A stretch of DNA of 64,000 nucleotides, from contig CAVOMX010000006.1 in NCBI GenBank assembly GCA_963697165.1, positions 1 through 64,000 on the forward strand. Direction: 5' to 3'. This DNA comes from Candidatus Bathyarchaeota archaeon (GTDB lineage: Archaea > Thermoproteota > Bathyarchaeia > Bathyarchaeales > Bathyarchaeaceae). Below, one piece after another: positions 22,129 to 33,956 of the stretch (the first letter of the stretch is position 1; the number at the start of each line of letters is the position of its first letter). A model generated the notes under the pieces. It saw only the letters and a list, made by a program, of their open reading frames with translations, made no database searches and was not told the DNA's origin. Made by a program: the position numbers and the translations under genes.

Positions 22129-23017
22129 TTGAATGTAAGAAGGCTCTACTTAGTCGTCATCATGTTGCTGATTATATTTCCATCTTGTGTGGTTCTTGCT
22201 TCTTTCAAGACAGGAGCACAGAACAGAATACTCCATAGATTTTAGAGGATACACGTGGAACCATTCAACAATAAGCGTCAGCATACTTCCACAAGAGAAT
22301 GAGACATGGTGGGAACCGTCCTATCTCAATGCTACGCTTCACGCAATAGCCCAGTGGAACGATGCAATCCAAGAATTCACATCTAATCACGCCAACTTTT
22401 CGTACCTTTCAAATCTCCATCTTGTTCCAACAATATCTTCTGAAGAAGTTTCTGACTTCGACATTTACGTCCAGTGGAACTGCGAGTGCGAAAGCGACGC
22501 ATTGATAGGACAATCTCACGCGACAGTTCAATCGTCATGTATCATCACCAATAGCAGGGTTAGCCTAACGGCAAAAGCCCCAAGCGGTCACGTTATGACA
22601 GAAGTCGATATGCAAAACATTGTTGTCCACGAAATAGGGCACACACTTGGGTTATCTCACTCCAACCATTTTAACGATGTCATGTACGCCTCTGTTGACT
22701 ATCGAGAAACTGTTAAACCGGTTTCCTCGCTTGATATCTATGCTCTCTCCCAAATTTTCGAGTGGATGACCAATTCTACACAGTTCAGTTCTACAATTAA
22801 GTGCCCTCAAGAATCGGTATTAACTTTGCCGCCAAGCATCAGTTACGTTCACTTCAAGATAAATGCTGAAAATCTTCCAGTCTCTTCTCCTCAGAACCTA
22901 ATTGAAGATGTCCTCGGATTATTTTCACGTCCAGAAAGCTTTGCATTTATCATATTTATAGTGACCCTGATTGCCGCTACGGCGATAATCCTAAAGAAAC
23001 GAAAGAAGCCAGAATAA
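22129..23017 (+). CDS. Matrixin-family (M10) zinc metalloprotease, membrane anchored (frameshift near 22220)
   Basis: HEIGHTLGLSH + Met-turn DVMY; signal peptide in the upstream frame; C-terminal TM and KKRKK. Confidence 0.85.
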
Positions 23018-23047
23018 TTTTCGGGATCACTTAACACGCGGTTTTTG

Positions 23048-23064
23048 GGGTTAAATTTTAACCC
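23048..23064. repeat. Palindrome family 1
   Basis: GGGTTAAATTTTAACCC, flanked by TTTTTG and CCCCAAACCCAA. Confidence 0.85.
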
Positions 23065-23304
23065 CCCCAAACCCAAGGCTAACGCTTGATAATGAAAAAT
23101 GAAATAGCGTCAGCATATGATAGAAAGCAGTGATCTGTTCAGGAATATTACACTAACCTGATTTAATGCAGATTCCCACTAACGAATTGTTGCGCGCGCC
23201 GCGCGTGTACAGCAACAGAAATGTTTATTATGTATTACGACGTAATATTTAGATTGGGGAAGTTTAAGTTAAGGTGTTACTTAAAGCCCTGATCTGATGT
23301 ATAA

Positions 23305-23724
23305 ATGAACTGGTTAATAATTACGTTGGACATCATGTTTGCTTTGGTTGCCGCGGTTTTAGGCATTCTAGGTCATGGAACTTTCAAATCTATTAAACAT
23401 CTTGACGTAGGAAAGTCTTTTTGGATCCCCATTTTTGTATCAGGTATTCTTTTCGTATTTGGGTCAGTTGTAAGAATTTTTCACGAATTTGCAGTTGAGT
23501 ACAGTTGGGTAGCAATGACTTATACCGACGAGTTAATCAGAATAAGTTGGCTTCTTGCGATCACAATTCTCTTCGGTTCCATCTATAACTACTCCAAAAA
23601 GGTAAAAATAATTATTAAAGCAACAACACCACAGGCACAAAACGAGGCGGAATTGACAGGATTAAAAAAGCAGACACACGATCTCCTAAAACAAATCGAA
23701 AAACTAAAAGCCGAACAAAAATAG
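23305..23724 (+). CDS. Hypothetical three-TM membrane protein with coiled-coil tail
   Basis: Three hydrophobic helices; charged C-terminal helix. Confidence 0.7.
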   Translation: MNWLIITLDIMFALVAAVLGILGHGTFKSIKHLDVGKSFWIPIFVSGILFVFGSVVRIFHEFAVEYSWVAMTYTDELIRISWLLAITILFGSIYNYSKKVKIIIKATTPQAQNEAELTGLKKQTHDLLKQIEKLKAEQK

Positions 23725-24039
23725 ACATTTTGACTGGATATTTTTTTCTGTCTTTTTCCGAATAGGGTTACAACCGAAGCACTTAGAAGAATAATGCCTA
23801 TTGTATTCTAAAATGCTCGTTCACAGGCAGAAAATATACTGCTTATTTCAGTCAAAGACACATCCCAAAAAGAATGCGTAGCTAATGTATTCACGTACAT
23901 TCCCCACCCGAGGTAGGTAAAAGATCAGGAAAAAAATGTGAGAAAGATGCGAACATAACATTACATCTAGTTTGTTAGAAGTCTATGTGTTTTCTTATTG
24001 TTTTTCGTTTACACTTTTCTTGAGATCTGGCTTATTGAT

Positions 24040-25458
24040 TTACCAATATTCGGTTTTCCATTTTTCGAGGCTCTCATCTAAAGTGGATGACCATCTTTTT
24101 GTCGTTTTAATGCTGGATGGAGGATTTTGCTTAAGCCATTCCCAAAAAACATTCCATTCTTGAGTAGTCATATCTATTGTTCCAGTCTGAGTTTTCCACA
24201 GCTGCAATTGACCTTCTAAAGGTTCATTCCAATCTTCCTTTTGCCATCCTGGAGGATTTTGCTTTAGCCACATCCAGAACACGATCCAATCTTCGGCAGT
24301 CATTTCATTAGATGGAGGAGGTGGAGGTGGCAAGGATTCTAAGTTTAACTCAAAGAATGCTGGTTTAGGAATTCCACGTCTTTTACATATGTTATATTTT
24401 TCATCTTGACTATTATGAACCCACACCCAACTAAAGCACCTGTTCACTCCCAGATTTTGAAATATGTGAATAGTTGACTCGTAATAAATCCTTTGCACTT
24501 CAGTCTTCCTGTTGTTGTTCCCAAATTCACTCACCCAAAATGGGTACCCAGCATTTTTTGTATCTTCTACTGCCTGAACAAAATCATCCCAAGTTGTACC
24601 TTGCCAAGTTACACTAGATCCAAAATCTTGTGGATCCGCAAATGTGTTTATGCTCATAAAATCCAGCGATTGCATGACACGATCAAAATCAACAAAGGTG
24701 CTATAGTCACTACCAGTACGAGTGTGCCATGGACTATAGGGCAATGTAAATTTGATGGTGATAGGTCGATTATCACGGAGGCGAATAACATCACTTCCTT
24801 GCTCTATGAGAACATGAAACTCTTCTCTTTCGATCGCGAGCTGACTAGAACTATAGCTCCCAGAATGCATCGGTTCATTAAGCAAGGACCAACTATTAAT
24901 GGCTGAACTGTACCTGAATTCATCAACCAAATATCCAATCATCTCCAAAAAGTATCCTTTAGTCGTTTCATCGCGCACAATAGCTATGTAACGTTGATTA
25001 CCCGTCTGAGGATCTATACTCCAACTGGGAACTCCCGTAATGGTGTCCATCCAATATTGAAAGAAGCTCATACAGACACCAATCTCATATTGTTCTGCCT
25101 TTGCAAGTACACGTTTAACATTGTTTATGTTTAACTCGTTGTATATAGGCGGATTAACACCAGTCTGAAATGCTGACCAAATAAGATTTATAATAATAGA
25201 ATCCACATTGTTTTCTTTGAACAATTGAAAATCTTGCTCTATTTCACCATCTGAAATTGAATAAGACCAATCATATGGCCCCTCATAGTTTACACCAGTT
25301 GACATATCAGGCGTTTCTTGAGAGTACACAGAAGGAAAAGAAAACATTCCAATCATCAGTGCAAACAGAATCAAGGTTTTAATCCAGTTATGCACATCAA
25401 TACGCTTTACTGATCTTACTTTTTCAAGGAAATAAATATTGGAAGATACATTCTTCAA
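24040..25458 (-). CDS. Secreted clan GH-A glycoside hydrolase (GH5-like) with Pro linker and duplicated Trp-rich tail
   Basis: WSLLNEP acid/base and WVSEFG nucleophile motifs; signal peptide; true start probably downstream of 25458. Confidence 0.78.
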   Translation of the reverse strand: MKNVSSNIYFLEKVRSVKRIDVHNWIKTLILFALMIGMFSFPSVYSQETPDMSTGVNYEGPYDWSYSISDGEIEQDFQLFKENNVDSIIINLIWSAFQTGVNPPIYNELNINNVKRVLAKAEQYEIGVCMSFFQYWMDTITGVPSWSIDPQTGNQRYIAIVRDETTKGYFLEMIGYLVDEFRYSSAINSWSLLNEPMHSGSYSSSQLAIEREEFHVLIEQGSDVIRLRDNRPITIKFTLPYSPWHTRTGSDYSTFVDFDRVMQSLDFMSINTFADPQDFGSSVTWQGTTWDDFVQAVEDTKNAGYPFWVSEFGNNNRKTEVQRIYYESTIHIFQNLGVNRCFSWVWVHNSQDEKYNICKRRGIPKPAFFELNLESLPPPPPPSNEMTAEDWIVFWMWLKQNPPGWQKEDWNEPLEGQLQLWKTQTGTIDMTTQEWNVFWEWLKQNPPSSIKTTKRWSSTLDESLEKWKTEYW

Positions 25459-25570
25459 ATGACCATTTCCTTTTCATTTTATTCTAGTTAGTGTACATAT
25501 TCGGTTTTGCATATTAGAGTTACTCAGTTCCAATGTTTGGGATAAGGTTTGGGAGTGTTTGGGGTTTGGG

Positions 25571-25587
25571 GTGTTAAAATTTAACCC
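25571..25587. repeat. Palindrome family 1
   Basis: GTGTTAAAATTTAACCC preceded by GTTTGGG repeats. Confidence 0.8.
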
Positions 25588-25674
25588 TCAAAATCAAACG
25601 TATTGATGTGTACGTCTACAAATTTTCTCAAGTTCTTGCATCTGTTTCGTGTTTGTATAACTTCTTTTTTAAGG

Positions 25675-26506
25675 TCACTGTTTTAGTTTCTTTCTGTAGG
25701 TAATAACTCCCAAAGTTGCTGTCACAAATAATGGAAGAATTATCCATGAGGGAAACTCTGGAATAATTGGTGCTTCTGTTTGAATCAGCAATGCATAGTC
25801 TGTAATTTCATATGCGAGGGAGCGCATTTCATTTTCTAATTCGGGTATGGCATCAACTGTGTTTAATGTGAATGAAGTGGTCTGACCAGCCTGTAAAGAA
25901 TCTGGAGTCAAATAATCAGAGAAGCCTGTTGCGATTACTGATCCTGTAGAATTGTAGAACGTGCCTACAACCCAGAGTTTGCCTGCGGCTTGATTTCCTG
26001 TGTTCTGTACGCGTCCCGTGATTGTATATATTCCATTTGAATCGATGTGTGGAGAATCGTTTATGATTTCTAAGTCGGGATACTGATAATTATCAGTCTC
26101 ATTACTGATGATAACTTCGAACTCAACATTGTTCAGGTTACCTGAAATCCAATTGAAATCTTCTGAAATGCTAGTGTCAGTGAAAAAATACATGACAAAA
26201 GGCACTTTCTGTTGTGGAAGAATTTCACTAGAATATGGTACCGAGGTGCTCCATGCCTGATCTTCACCATCAGTTGAATTCAAAAATCCACGCAGAGCTA
26301 TATATTCAATATTATTGGGACCTACGTTTTTGTACTTCACCGACAACAATAAAACTGTTGATTGAGGAAATGTACCAACTATAGTCTAGAACTTCAACGT
26401 TTTCTGATTGACTGATTACACTTGGAACTAAATTTACAAACAAAGAAATCATAACAACAAACATAAGAGAAATAACTACAGTTCTTTTCAACAGTTTTAA
26501 CTCCAT
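25675..26506 (-). CDS. Secreted FxLYD-like two-domain protein with PEF-CTERM (frameshift near 26330)
   Basis: Signal peptide; VVGEVQ(N)VG and ITGRVQNTG..TFYN repeats; IPEFP-TM-RKK. Confidence 0.78.
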
Positions 26507-27278
26507 TCTTTAAACTCTCCAACATTTTGTGACTTAAAAATTTTGTTCAGAATTTTGTTAAAATATTAATTTGTTAAAAAAACTAATTTTATCCCCCAAA
26601 TATCGTGGCTACTTATGCAACGATTCGCTACTTACCATATTCGACTATGAACATATGGGAGATATGTTATTCTATACGAGATGTTTTATGAGCGGAATTA
26701 ATTTGTATCCCATTTTTATAGAAACAAGTTACATTTCAGGTGACTAATTATTATAATAAACTAAACATGTTGCTAAAGCATGTTGAAGGTAACATATAAA
26801 GTGACTAACGTCCCAAAACATCCTAATATCTAACCCATATTTTTTACCTAACAATGTGCTACTGTTATCTATAGAGCAAATGAACTGATCCTGTAGATGT
26901 TATGACCGCATGGAAAAGCAGTCTTTGTTATATATGTAACAAAAAAATTGAAATTATCAAAAATAGGTGATGTGTAGATTTGATGGAGTGCCCCATTAGG
27001 TGCAGTCACCATATGTTCCCTAATCACTTCAACTTTTGTCCATATTGTGGATCTAAATTGGATAATGTTTACGACAAGAAAGAGTATAAAAGTCAATAAT
27101 AATGAAAACTAACGAATAACTGAATGAATATACGGGTCCACAAAAGACTAAATGTATTATTCCCTGATTTTTAGGGACCCTTTAGGTCAGTTATCGCGAA
27201 AATGGTTGTTGCTAGGTTTTTGTTTCCCTAACTACTAGGGACAACACCTAAAAGCAAGAGATAACCGACTTAGCCTTT

Positions 27279-28133
27279 ATGGAAAAGAAACAAGTTGCAC
27301 TTTTAGCCGTAATTTTCGGCATCGCTATTTTTGGAATAAAACTAGTAGCCTATTCTATTTCCAATTCTGTAGCTCTGCTTTCTGATGCTCTAGAATCCAT
27401 TGTTAACATAGCCGCTTCAGGACTAATGCTGTTCTCCGTTTGTGTTTCAGGAAGAGCCCCAGACAGTAGCCACAAGTATGGTCACGAAAAAGTCGAAGAC
27501 CTGTCCAGCCTTGTGGAGGGCATCTTCATAATCCTTGCTGCTATTCTCATTATAAATGCCGCCGCGGGACGCTTATTTGAATCCGTTGAATTGTTCAAAC
27601 TCGATCTGGCCATTGGAATCTCAATGTTCGCTACGGCCCTGAATGCTGGGCTTTCTTGGTTATTAATCAAAACTGCTAAGAGCTGCGACTCAGCGGCTCT
27701 TGAGGGCGACGCGAAACACCTATTCTCTGACGTAATCTCAACTGTGGGTGTATGGATAGGTCTATTTGTTGCCCAATTAACGGGTTGGGCCTTCTTGGAT
27801 TCCTTCTTGGCATTTGTGGTTGCAGCCTTGGTTATGAGAGTGGGTGTGGGGCTTATTTTGAAGTCTTCAAATCGTTTAATGGATCAATCATGCATAGATG
27901 AAGAGAAGAAGATATTGGAAGTAATTGGTAGGCATTCATTCCATTTTATTGACTGTCATAATTTGAGAACCCGCCGACATGGGAATCAAGTTTTTGCTGA
28001 GTTACATCTTTCAGTTGATGGATCATTGAGTGTTAAAGATGCTCATGATCTTACGGATCATTTAGAGGATGAACTAAATGAAGAGCAGCCAAACGTGCAC
28101 ATGACAATTCATGTTGAGCCACCCAAAAAGTAG
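27279..28133 (+). CDS. Cation diffusion facilitator (FieF-like) transporter
   Basis: SVALLSDALES, HKYGHEKVE, DAKHLFSD, IHVEP. Confidence 0.92.
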   Translation: MEKKQVALLAVIFGIAIFGIKLVAYSISNSVALLSDALESIVNIAASGLMLFSVCVSGRAPDSSHKYGHEKVEDLSSLVEGIFIILAAILIINAAAGRLFESVELFKLDLAIGISMFATALNAGLSWLLIKTAKSCDSAALEGDAKHLFSDVISTVGVWIGLFVAQLTGWAFLDSFLAFVVAALVMRVGVGLILKSSNRLMDQSCIDEEKKILEVIGRHSFHFIDCHNLRTRRHGNQVFAELHLSVDGSLSVKDAHDLTDHLEDELNEEQPNVHMTIHVEPPKK

Positions 28134-28344
28134 CATGTGGAAAAAACCCTTTCAGTTGTTGAAATACTTTTTTCATAATGTCTCTTATCTTTTAGCGCGT
28201 ATTGTATATTAATATAAGCAATATTAGGTGAACAAGAAGCTGCAAAAGCATTGTGGAACAAAAAGAAGGCCAATCAGAACCCCCAGTGATCTGTTGGAGT
28301 CATCTCCAACAAACCTCCTTTTCTCTTTTCAATCTGGACTTATA

Positions 28345-28908
28345 TTACCATCGTAAAATATTTGCCATCGTCTTCTTGCTAACAGCCTCAGTGACCTGTT
28401 TTCCTGCCAATTTCTCTGCCAGTTTAAGAGCAAACGGAAGAGCTGTTGCAGGTCCTCTACTTGTTATGATATTGCCATCAACTACAACCATTTCCTGTTT
28501 TGGTTTGCCTCCACCATTCTCCAGTTCGTTCTCCATTCCCGGATAAATCGTGCAAGCTTTGCCTTCCAAAACACCAGCGTCTGAAAGAACCGCAGGAGCA
28601 GCACAGATTGCAGCCACTATCTTGTTGGACTTGAACGCCTCTTTGACTATATCTATTACTCGTGGGTCATTTCTAAGATTCTTATAGCCCGGATTCCCTC
28701 CAGGAACTATTACTGCATCAAAACAGTCTACTTTCACCTCGTCGATTGGTTTGTCTGGAACAATCTTTATTGCATGTGCCCCTTCAATCACATTGGATGT
28801 CAAACCAGCAACTGTGACATCTACGCCAGCTCTTCTAAGCACGTCTACAATTGTTACTGTTTCGATTTCTTCAAATCCTGTTGCAAGAAAAACTAATGCT
28901 TTAGCCAA
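28345..28908 (-). CDS. DJ-1/PfpI (YajL/ThiJ) family protein
   Basis: GFEEIE, PGG, AAICAAP, TSRGPATA. Confidence 0.92.
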   Translation of the reverse strand: MAKALVFLATGFEEIETVTIVDVLRRAGVDVTVAGLTSNVIEGAHAIKIVPDKPIDEVKVDCFDAVIVPGGNPGYKNLRNDPRVIDIVKEAFKSNKIVAAICAAPAVLSDAGVLEGKACTIYPGMENELENGGGKPKQEMVVVDGNIITSRGPATALPFALKLAEKLAGKQVTEAVSKKTMANILRW

Positions 28909-28934
28909 ATAGAATCCATCCATTATTTTTTTGA

Positions 28935-29684
28935 TTAATGTTTTAATTCTTCAACCAGTTTCACGATCTGATCGATAACATACTCGTTTATTTTCTGTCC
29001 CTTCTCAGCCGACGCTATTGTCGGGTCGCCCATGACCCCGCTTGGGAAGTAACGTTCAGGGTCTGGAACAACCTCAAAGCGGGGCAGATTCGGAAAACTT
29101 GGCTCTCCTTTTCCTTTCAGCAAGTCTGATCGAATAGCTATTACTCTTGAAGTCTCTATTGTACCTGCGTGGGAATCTCTGTCATCAAAGTCTTTACCTC
29201 TAAGATCGAAAGCGAAGTCATAATCTGAGCAAACCATAATTCTTGGTTTATTCTCTTCGTTAATGTGATTCATTACAACTGTTTTGGCTGCAAGCTTAAT
29301 TGCAGTCATATGTGACCCGCCTGCGTGACCCGTTATAACCAGCAATCTCTTGAAACCATTACGGACGAAATCCTCAAGAATATCAGCCATTATGCTCCGT
29401 AGCGAATCGAAACTTATCGTGATGGTGCCCGGAAAGTTTCTTGTAGAATTACAAAGACCATACCTCAACGGGGGCGCAACCAAGCAGTCGGCTTTTCTGG
29501 CGACCCCCAAAGCTACATACTCTGCTTGAAGGCTGTCTGTACATAGAGGCAGATGTGTTCCATGCTCTTCAATACTTCCACATGGGATAATCACAACTTT
29601 TCCTTCTTTAGCAGCTTTTTCTGCTTCAGGCATACTTAATTCATCAAACCAAACTGTTCTGTTTTTGCTCAAATCTGCACACAT
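28935..29684 (-). CDS. Creatininase family amidohydrolase
   Basis: GSIEEHGTHLPLCTD, GHAGG, HAGTIETS, SGVMGDP. Confidence 0.92.
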   Translation of the reverse strand: MCADLSKNRTVWFDELSMPEAEKAAKEGKVVIIPCGSIEEHGTHLPLCTDSLQAEYVALGVARKADCLVAPPLRYGLCNSTRNFPGTITISFDSLRSIMADILEDFVRNGFKRLLVITGHAGGSHMTAIKLAAKTVVMNHINEENKPRIMVCSDYDFAFDLRGKDFDDRDSHAGTIETSRVIAIRSDLLKGKGEPSFPNLPRFEVVPDPERYFPSGVMGDPTIASAEKGQKINEYVIDQIVKLVEELKH

Positions 29685-29951
29685 GCTTTATCTTTCTCCT
29701 TTTGGTTACAGAAACTGCGTACACTATTTCATTCTTTGAAGTTTTTTATTTTCAGTAAACTAATTCGTTATTTTTAAGTTTATAATTAACTTTAACTGCT
29801 CTTTTTCAGAGCTATTTAGAGTAATATAAATAAGTTTACTTATAAAGAAAATTGTGAAAATTAAGATTTACAAAGAATCTTTTCAATATCCACGGCATTT
29901 CACCAATTTTTTGATGTTAACCTTTTCTATGGAAACGTCTCCGCGTATAGA

Positions 29952-30434
29952 TCATGAAATTTTATCAGTATCTGGTTCAAATAGTTGTATATTGTTGTAT
30001 TCTTCTTTAAGAGGATAAGACGTGTCATCAGTTAATGAAATTTCAATTTTTTCCTCGTAAGGCATTAATCTAATTTTATCAATCACTCCCTTGATTTCTT
30101 TTATATCTCTAAATGCTACCATAGCTAACATATCAAATGCTCCAATAATTTCTGATATCAAGAACACGTTTGGGATCTGATTAAGCGCTTCTGCAATCTT
30201 TTTTTTATCGTATTCTTTGGAAGCCTTCAAAAACAAAAATGCTTTCCCAGTATACCCAATTTTCGAAAGATCAATTAATGTAGTCATTCCAAAAATAATG
30301 CCATCTTTTTTCATTTTTTCATATCTTTTTTGGACGGTTATTGATGATATTCCAATTTCTTTTCCAATTTTTAGAAATGATTTGCTCCCATTCTTTTTTA
30401 GTTTGTTTATAATGTCCAGATCAATTCTGTCCAA
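29952..30434 (-). CDS. Lrp/AsnC family regulator
   Basis: DRIDLDII..L..N.. HTH plus RAM domain (IIGAFD). Confidence 0.85.
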   Translation of the reverse strand: MDRIDLDIINKLKKNGSKSFLKIGKEIGISSITVQKRYEKMKKDGIIFGMTTLIDLSKIGYTGKAFLFLKASKEYDKKKIAEALNQIPNVFLISEIIGAFDMLAMVAFRDIKEIKGVIDKIRLMPYEEKIEISLTDDTSYPLKEEYNNIQLFEPDTDKIS

Positions 30435-30439
30435 AAAAT

Positions 30440-30898
30440 TCAGGCTCCTATTTTTAAGTCGACATTACTATAATTCATATACAGTTCATTCCAGATATTC
30501 ACATCAATATTCTTCACGCTTCTCTGATTCCTTATTAAAGATTTTAATCTGTCCAAATCACTGATGTTTTTTGCAAAGACAAATAGGCAAAGATCATATT
30601 TACCGATTGTTCGATCAATTCCAGCTACTTGTGCATGTTTTTTGAATATTTTGATGATTTTTTGCTCTTGTTTAGGATCTAAATTAACCCCAATTAAAAC
30701 AATCAAAGGGTATTTAAAAAAAGCCATGTTTAAGTTTAAAACTGGTTTAACTATTAAACCACTTTTCTTCATTAGCACAATTCTATTTTTTATTGCTGTT
30801 GACGATAATTTGCAGTCTTTTGCTATATCAACCAGTTTTGAGCGTCCGTCTTTTAATAATGTCCGAAGGATTTTGGCATCAGTTTCATCGATTTTCAT
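30440..30898 (-). CDS. Lrp/AsnC family regulator
   Basis: MKIDETDAKILRTLLKDGRSKLVDIAK HTH; TIGKYDL. Confidence 0.85.
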   Translation of the reverse strand: MKIDETDAKILRTLLKDGRSKLVDIAKDCKLSSTAIKNRIVLMKKSGLIVKPVLNLNMAFFKYPLIVLIGVNLDPKQEQKIIKIFKKHAQVAGIDRTIGKYDLCLFVFAKNISDLDRLKSLIRNQRSVKNIDVNIWNELYMNYSNVDLKIGA

Positions 30899-31082
30899 TG
30901 TCAATACTTCCGTTAGGTTTTTTATTTGTAGGCATATAACCCTTTGCTTTAGACTAGCGTTAAAAAAATCAATTATAATCAACATTATAATTGTTTTTTT
31001 ACATTTTTTTAATCTATTTTGCACAAACATTAAATACCGTTTGAATCCATCTGGTTAAATATAAAAATTAAGAGATGAAAAA

Positions 31083-33750
31083 ATGGAAATTCTAAAAAGT
31101 AAAACAAAATTGACAGCAATATTCATTATGGTTCTTTTAACAACTTCTGCAATTGCTTTAATGGCTACTCCCATCAACGCACAAGATGATCATGGAGAAA
31201 CCGTCTTCGAAAATCAGGGCTCAATACCCCTACCCAGTGGAGTCACTCCTGATCTGACCCTTACATCGATAAGCCACCTTAGCTTTAGTCCTACAACCGT
31301 AGGTGTTAACCAAGAATTCATCATAAACATTTGGCAACAACCACCAATCCATAACAGTCGAAAACTTACAGATTACAAAGTAACAATAACAAAACCTAGT
31401 GGAACCGAAAATGAAGTTGTCCTAGATTCCTATCTAGCAGACGGAACAGCATGGTTCCCATACATAGCCGACGAAGTAGGCACATGGACAATCAAATTCG
31501 ACTTCCCAGGCGGCTACTTCCCAGCAGGAACCTACTCACGAGTACGCGAAGGACAAGCTACCGTATTCACAGAATTTGAAGAATCAGTCTATTACACACC
31601 TAGCAGTGACGGACCCTACGAACTCACCGTTATAGACGACATAGTTTATTCTTGGCCAGACGCTCCGCTTCCAACCGACTACTGGACAAGACCCGTATCA
31701 GCTTACAACCGAGAATGGTGGTCTATTCTAGGAAACTGGCCTTGGACTGGTGTCGGAGGAGGAGAATATTGGCCAGAAATGTATCCGAAACGAACATCTA
31801 CGCCAGCAACTACCGGTTTACCCCCTATGTTCAAGGACCCGAAAGCGCACACGTAGTATGGAAACAATATCAGTACGCAGGTGGTCTCATCGGAGGCGAC
31901 TTGGGAACAATAAGCTATTGGCCAGCCGGTGGATTCACCCGATCTCCAGAGCTACCAGACTTAATCTTTGCAGGAAGGGTCTACCAAGGAGATCTTAACA
32001 AAGTCATCGATGGTGTACCAAGAAGTGACGTATGGCAATGCTATGATCTGCGAACCGGCGAAATCATCTGGGAACAGTACCCCGTCACACAGGAACCAAC
32101 TTACATTACTTACACTGAACGCTCAAATGTCGCTACACCTGGCGAAACGGCTCGTAAATCCGGTTTGAGCGTAGATCTTCTCTACGTAGGCCAAGGTCGA
32201 TTACATAAAATATGACCCATGGACAGGAGCATGTGATACTTGAACGTTTCAATTGCACCCTTAAGCTACAGGTGCTCTATACGCTGATCCATGGCTATTA
32301 AGCACACAGAACATGGGCGGCGGAGACTATCGTTTAATCAACTGGACCGTAGGAAGAGATGACAATGGAGTGACCCGAATGATAGTGCAAAACAACATTA
32401 CATGGCCTTTCAGTAACTTAGGCGATGTACAAGATTTCGAAGCCATGGAATAGCTCTTGACGCATCAGGAATATCTTCCGAATCTACAGGTGTAAGTGAC
32501 AATTATCGACTGGTAGCTGCTAGCCTGACAACAGGACAGGTGCTATGGAATAAGACAACAGACCTTGGATTTGGCTTTTTCAGTGGAAGCACGGATGTTG
32601 CTGACCACGGAAAATAGGCTGTTCGTTTCAATGACGGAAAATGGCATTGTTGGGATTTACGTACAGGAGATTACCTATGGGAAAGTGAGGAGTCAAGTTG
32701 GCCATGGTCAACCTTCGGTTGCTATAACGTCGAATCAGCATACGGCTTACTATACTCTAACCAATACGACGGTGTCGTTGCCCTTGATTGGGACACTGGA
32801 GAAGTAGCTTGGTGGTACCAATCACCCAACTGAATTCGCGTATGAAACACCATACCAGAGCAGATACCCATTCTTCAGCGATTCATATGTTGCTGACGGA
32901 AAGTACTACACATTTAGTAACGAGCATTCAATCAGCCAACCTCTATTCAGAGGACTAAAGAGCATCTGCCTTGACGCTAGAACAGGCGAAGAAATATGGA
33001 AATGGACGAATTTTGCCCAGCCAGTTGCTATCGCTGACGGCTATTTAATCCAACACGGCATGTATGACGGGTATCAATATGTTATCGGCAAGGGTGAAAG
33101 TGAAACAACAGTCACAGCACCAAAGACTAGTATACCTAGAGGAACCGCCCTGACGATTGAAGGCACAGTTCTTGACCTGTCTCCTGCTCAACCAGGTACT
33201 CCATGTGTATCCCAAGAATCAATGGGAACCCAAATGGACTACTTACACATGCAGATGCCAATCGACAGCGTTTGGCACAATACAACGATAACTGGTGTTC
33301 CAGTGACCTTAACAGCAATGGGTCCAACAGGCAATTACATTGACATTGGCACAGTTACAACTGAGGGCTATTATGGCACCTTTGGTCTTTCATGGACTCC
33401 AACAGCGGAAGGAACTTACAAGATACTCGCAACTTTTGCAGGAGACGAATCTTATGGCAGCTCAGGCGCAGCAACATATGTAACAGTCGGACCAGCACGC
33501 TTCAAGCTGGTGGACCAATAGAACCTGAGCCATCACCTTCACCAGAGCCTTCACCATCGCCATCACCTTCACCAGAGCCTTCACCATCGCCATCACCTTC
33601 ACCAGAACCTTCACCATCGAACCATCACCTTCACCAGAACCAACACCTGAAACACCATTGATCACCACTGAAGTAGCAATCATCGCAGCAGTCGCAATCG
33701 CCAGCATAATTGGCGTAGTCAGCTTCTGGGCACTCCGAAAACGAAAATAA
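31083..33750 (+). CDS. Second large PQQ-like beta-propeller surface protein (multiple frameshifts)
   Basis: Paralog of 6293-8920: similar signal peptide, ADGTAWFPY, LPTDYWTRP, CYDLRTGE, GTPCVS..SM.TQM..LHM; TM anchor ending LRKRK. Confidence 0.8.
33530..33640 (+). repeat. 30-bp tandem repeat encoding a Pro/Ser/Glu linker
   Basis: CCATCACCTTCACCAGAGCCTTCACCATCG about 3.5 copies (PSPSPEPSPS). Confidence 0.9.
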
Positions 33751-33956
33751 ACCCAAATTTTCCCTCCCCTTTTTTTGGGAGTAAAAAATTACAGAAATGA
33801 AGGGACTGAAAAGGCTCGACCACCGGAAGTGTGAAACATGATTCTCCTCTATTGTTGTTGGAATCGTTTCATGCACTCATCAACAAACGCCTGTGTGAGA
33901 GCCTCAGATATCCCTTCTTCCTTTAGTTTACCCATAATTGTCTCTTTTTTTTAAAA

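Noticed and set aside
26869..27096. 75-aa ORF in the AT-rich gap
   Set aside because: No motif, RBS or convincing start; at best a decayed fragment.
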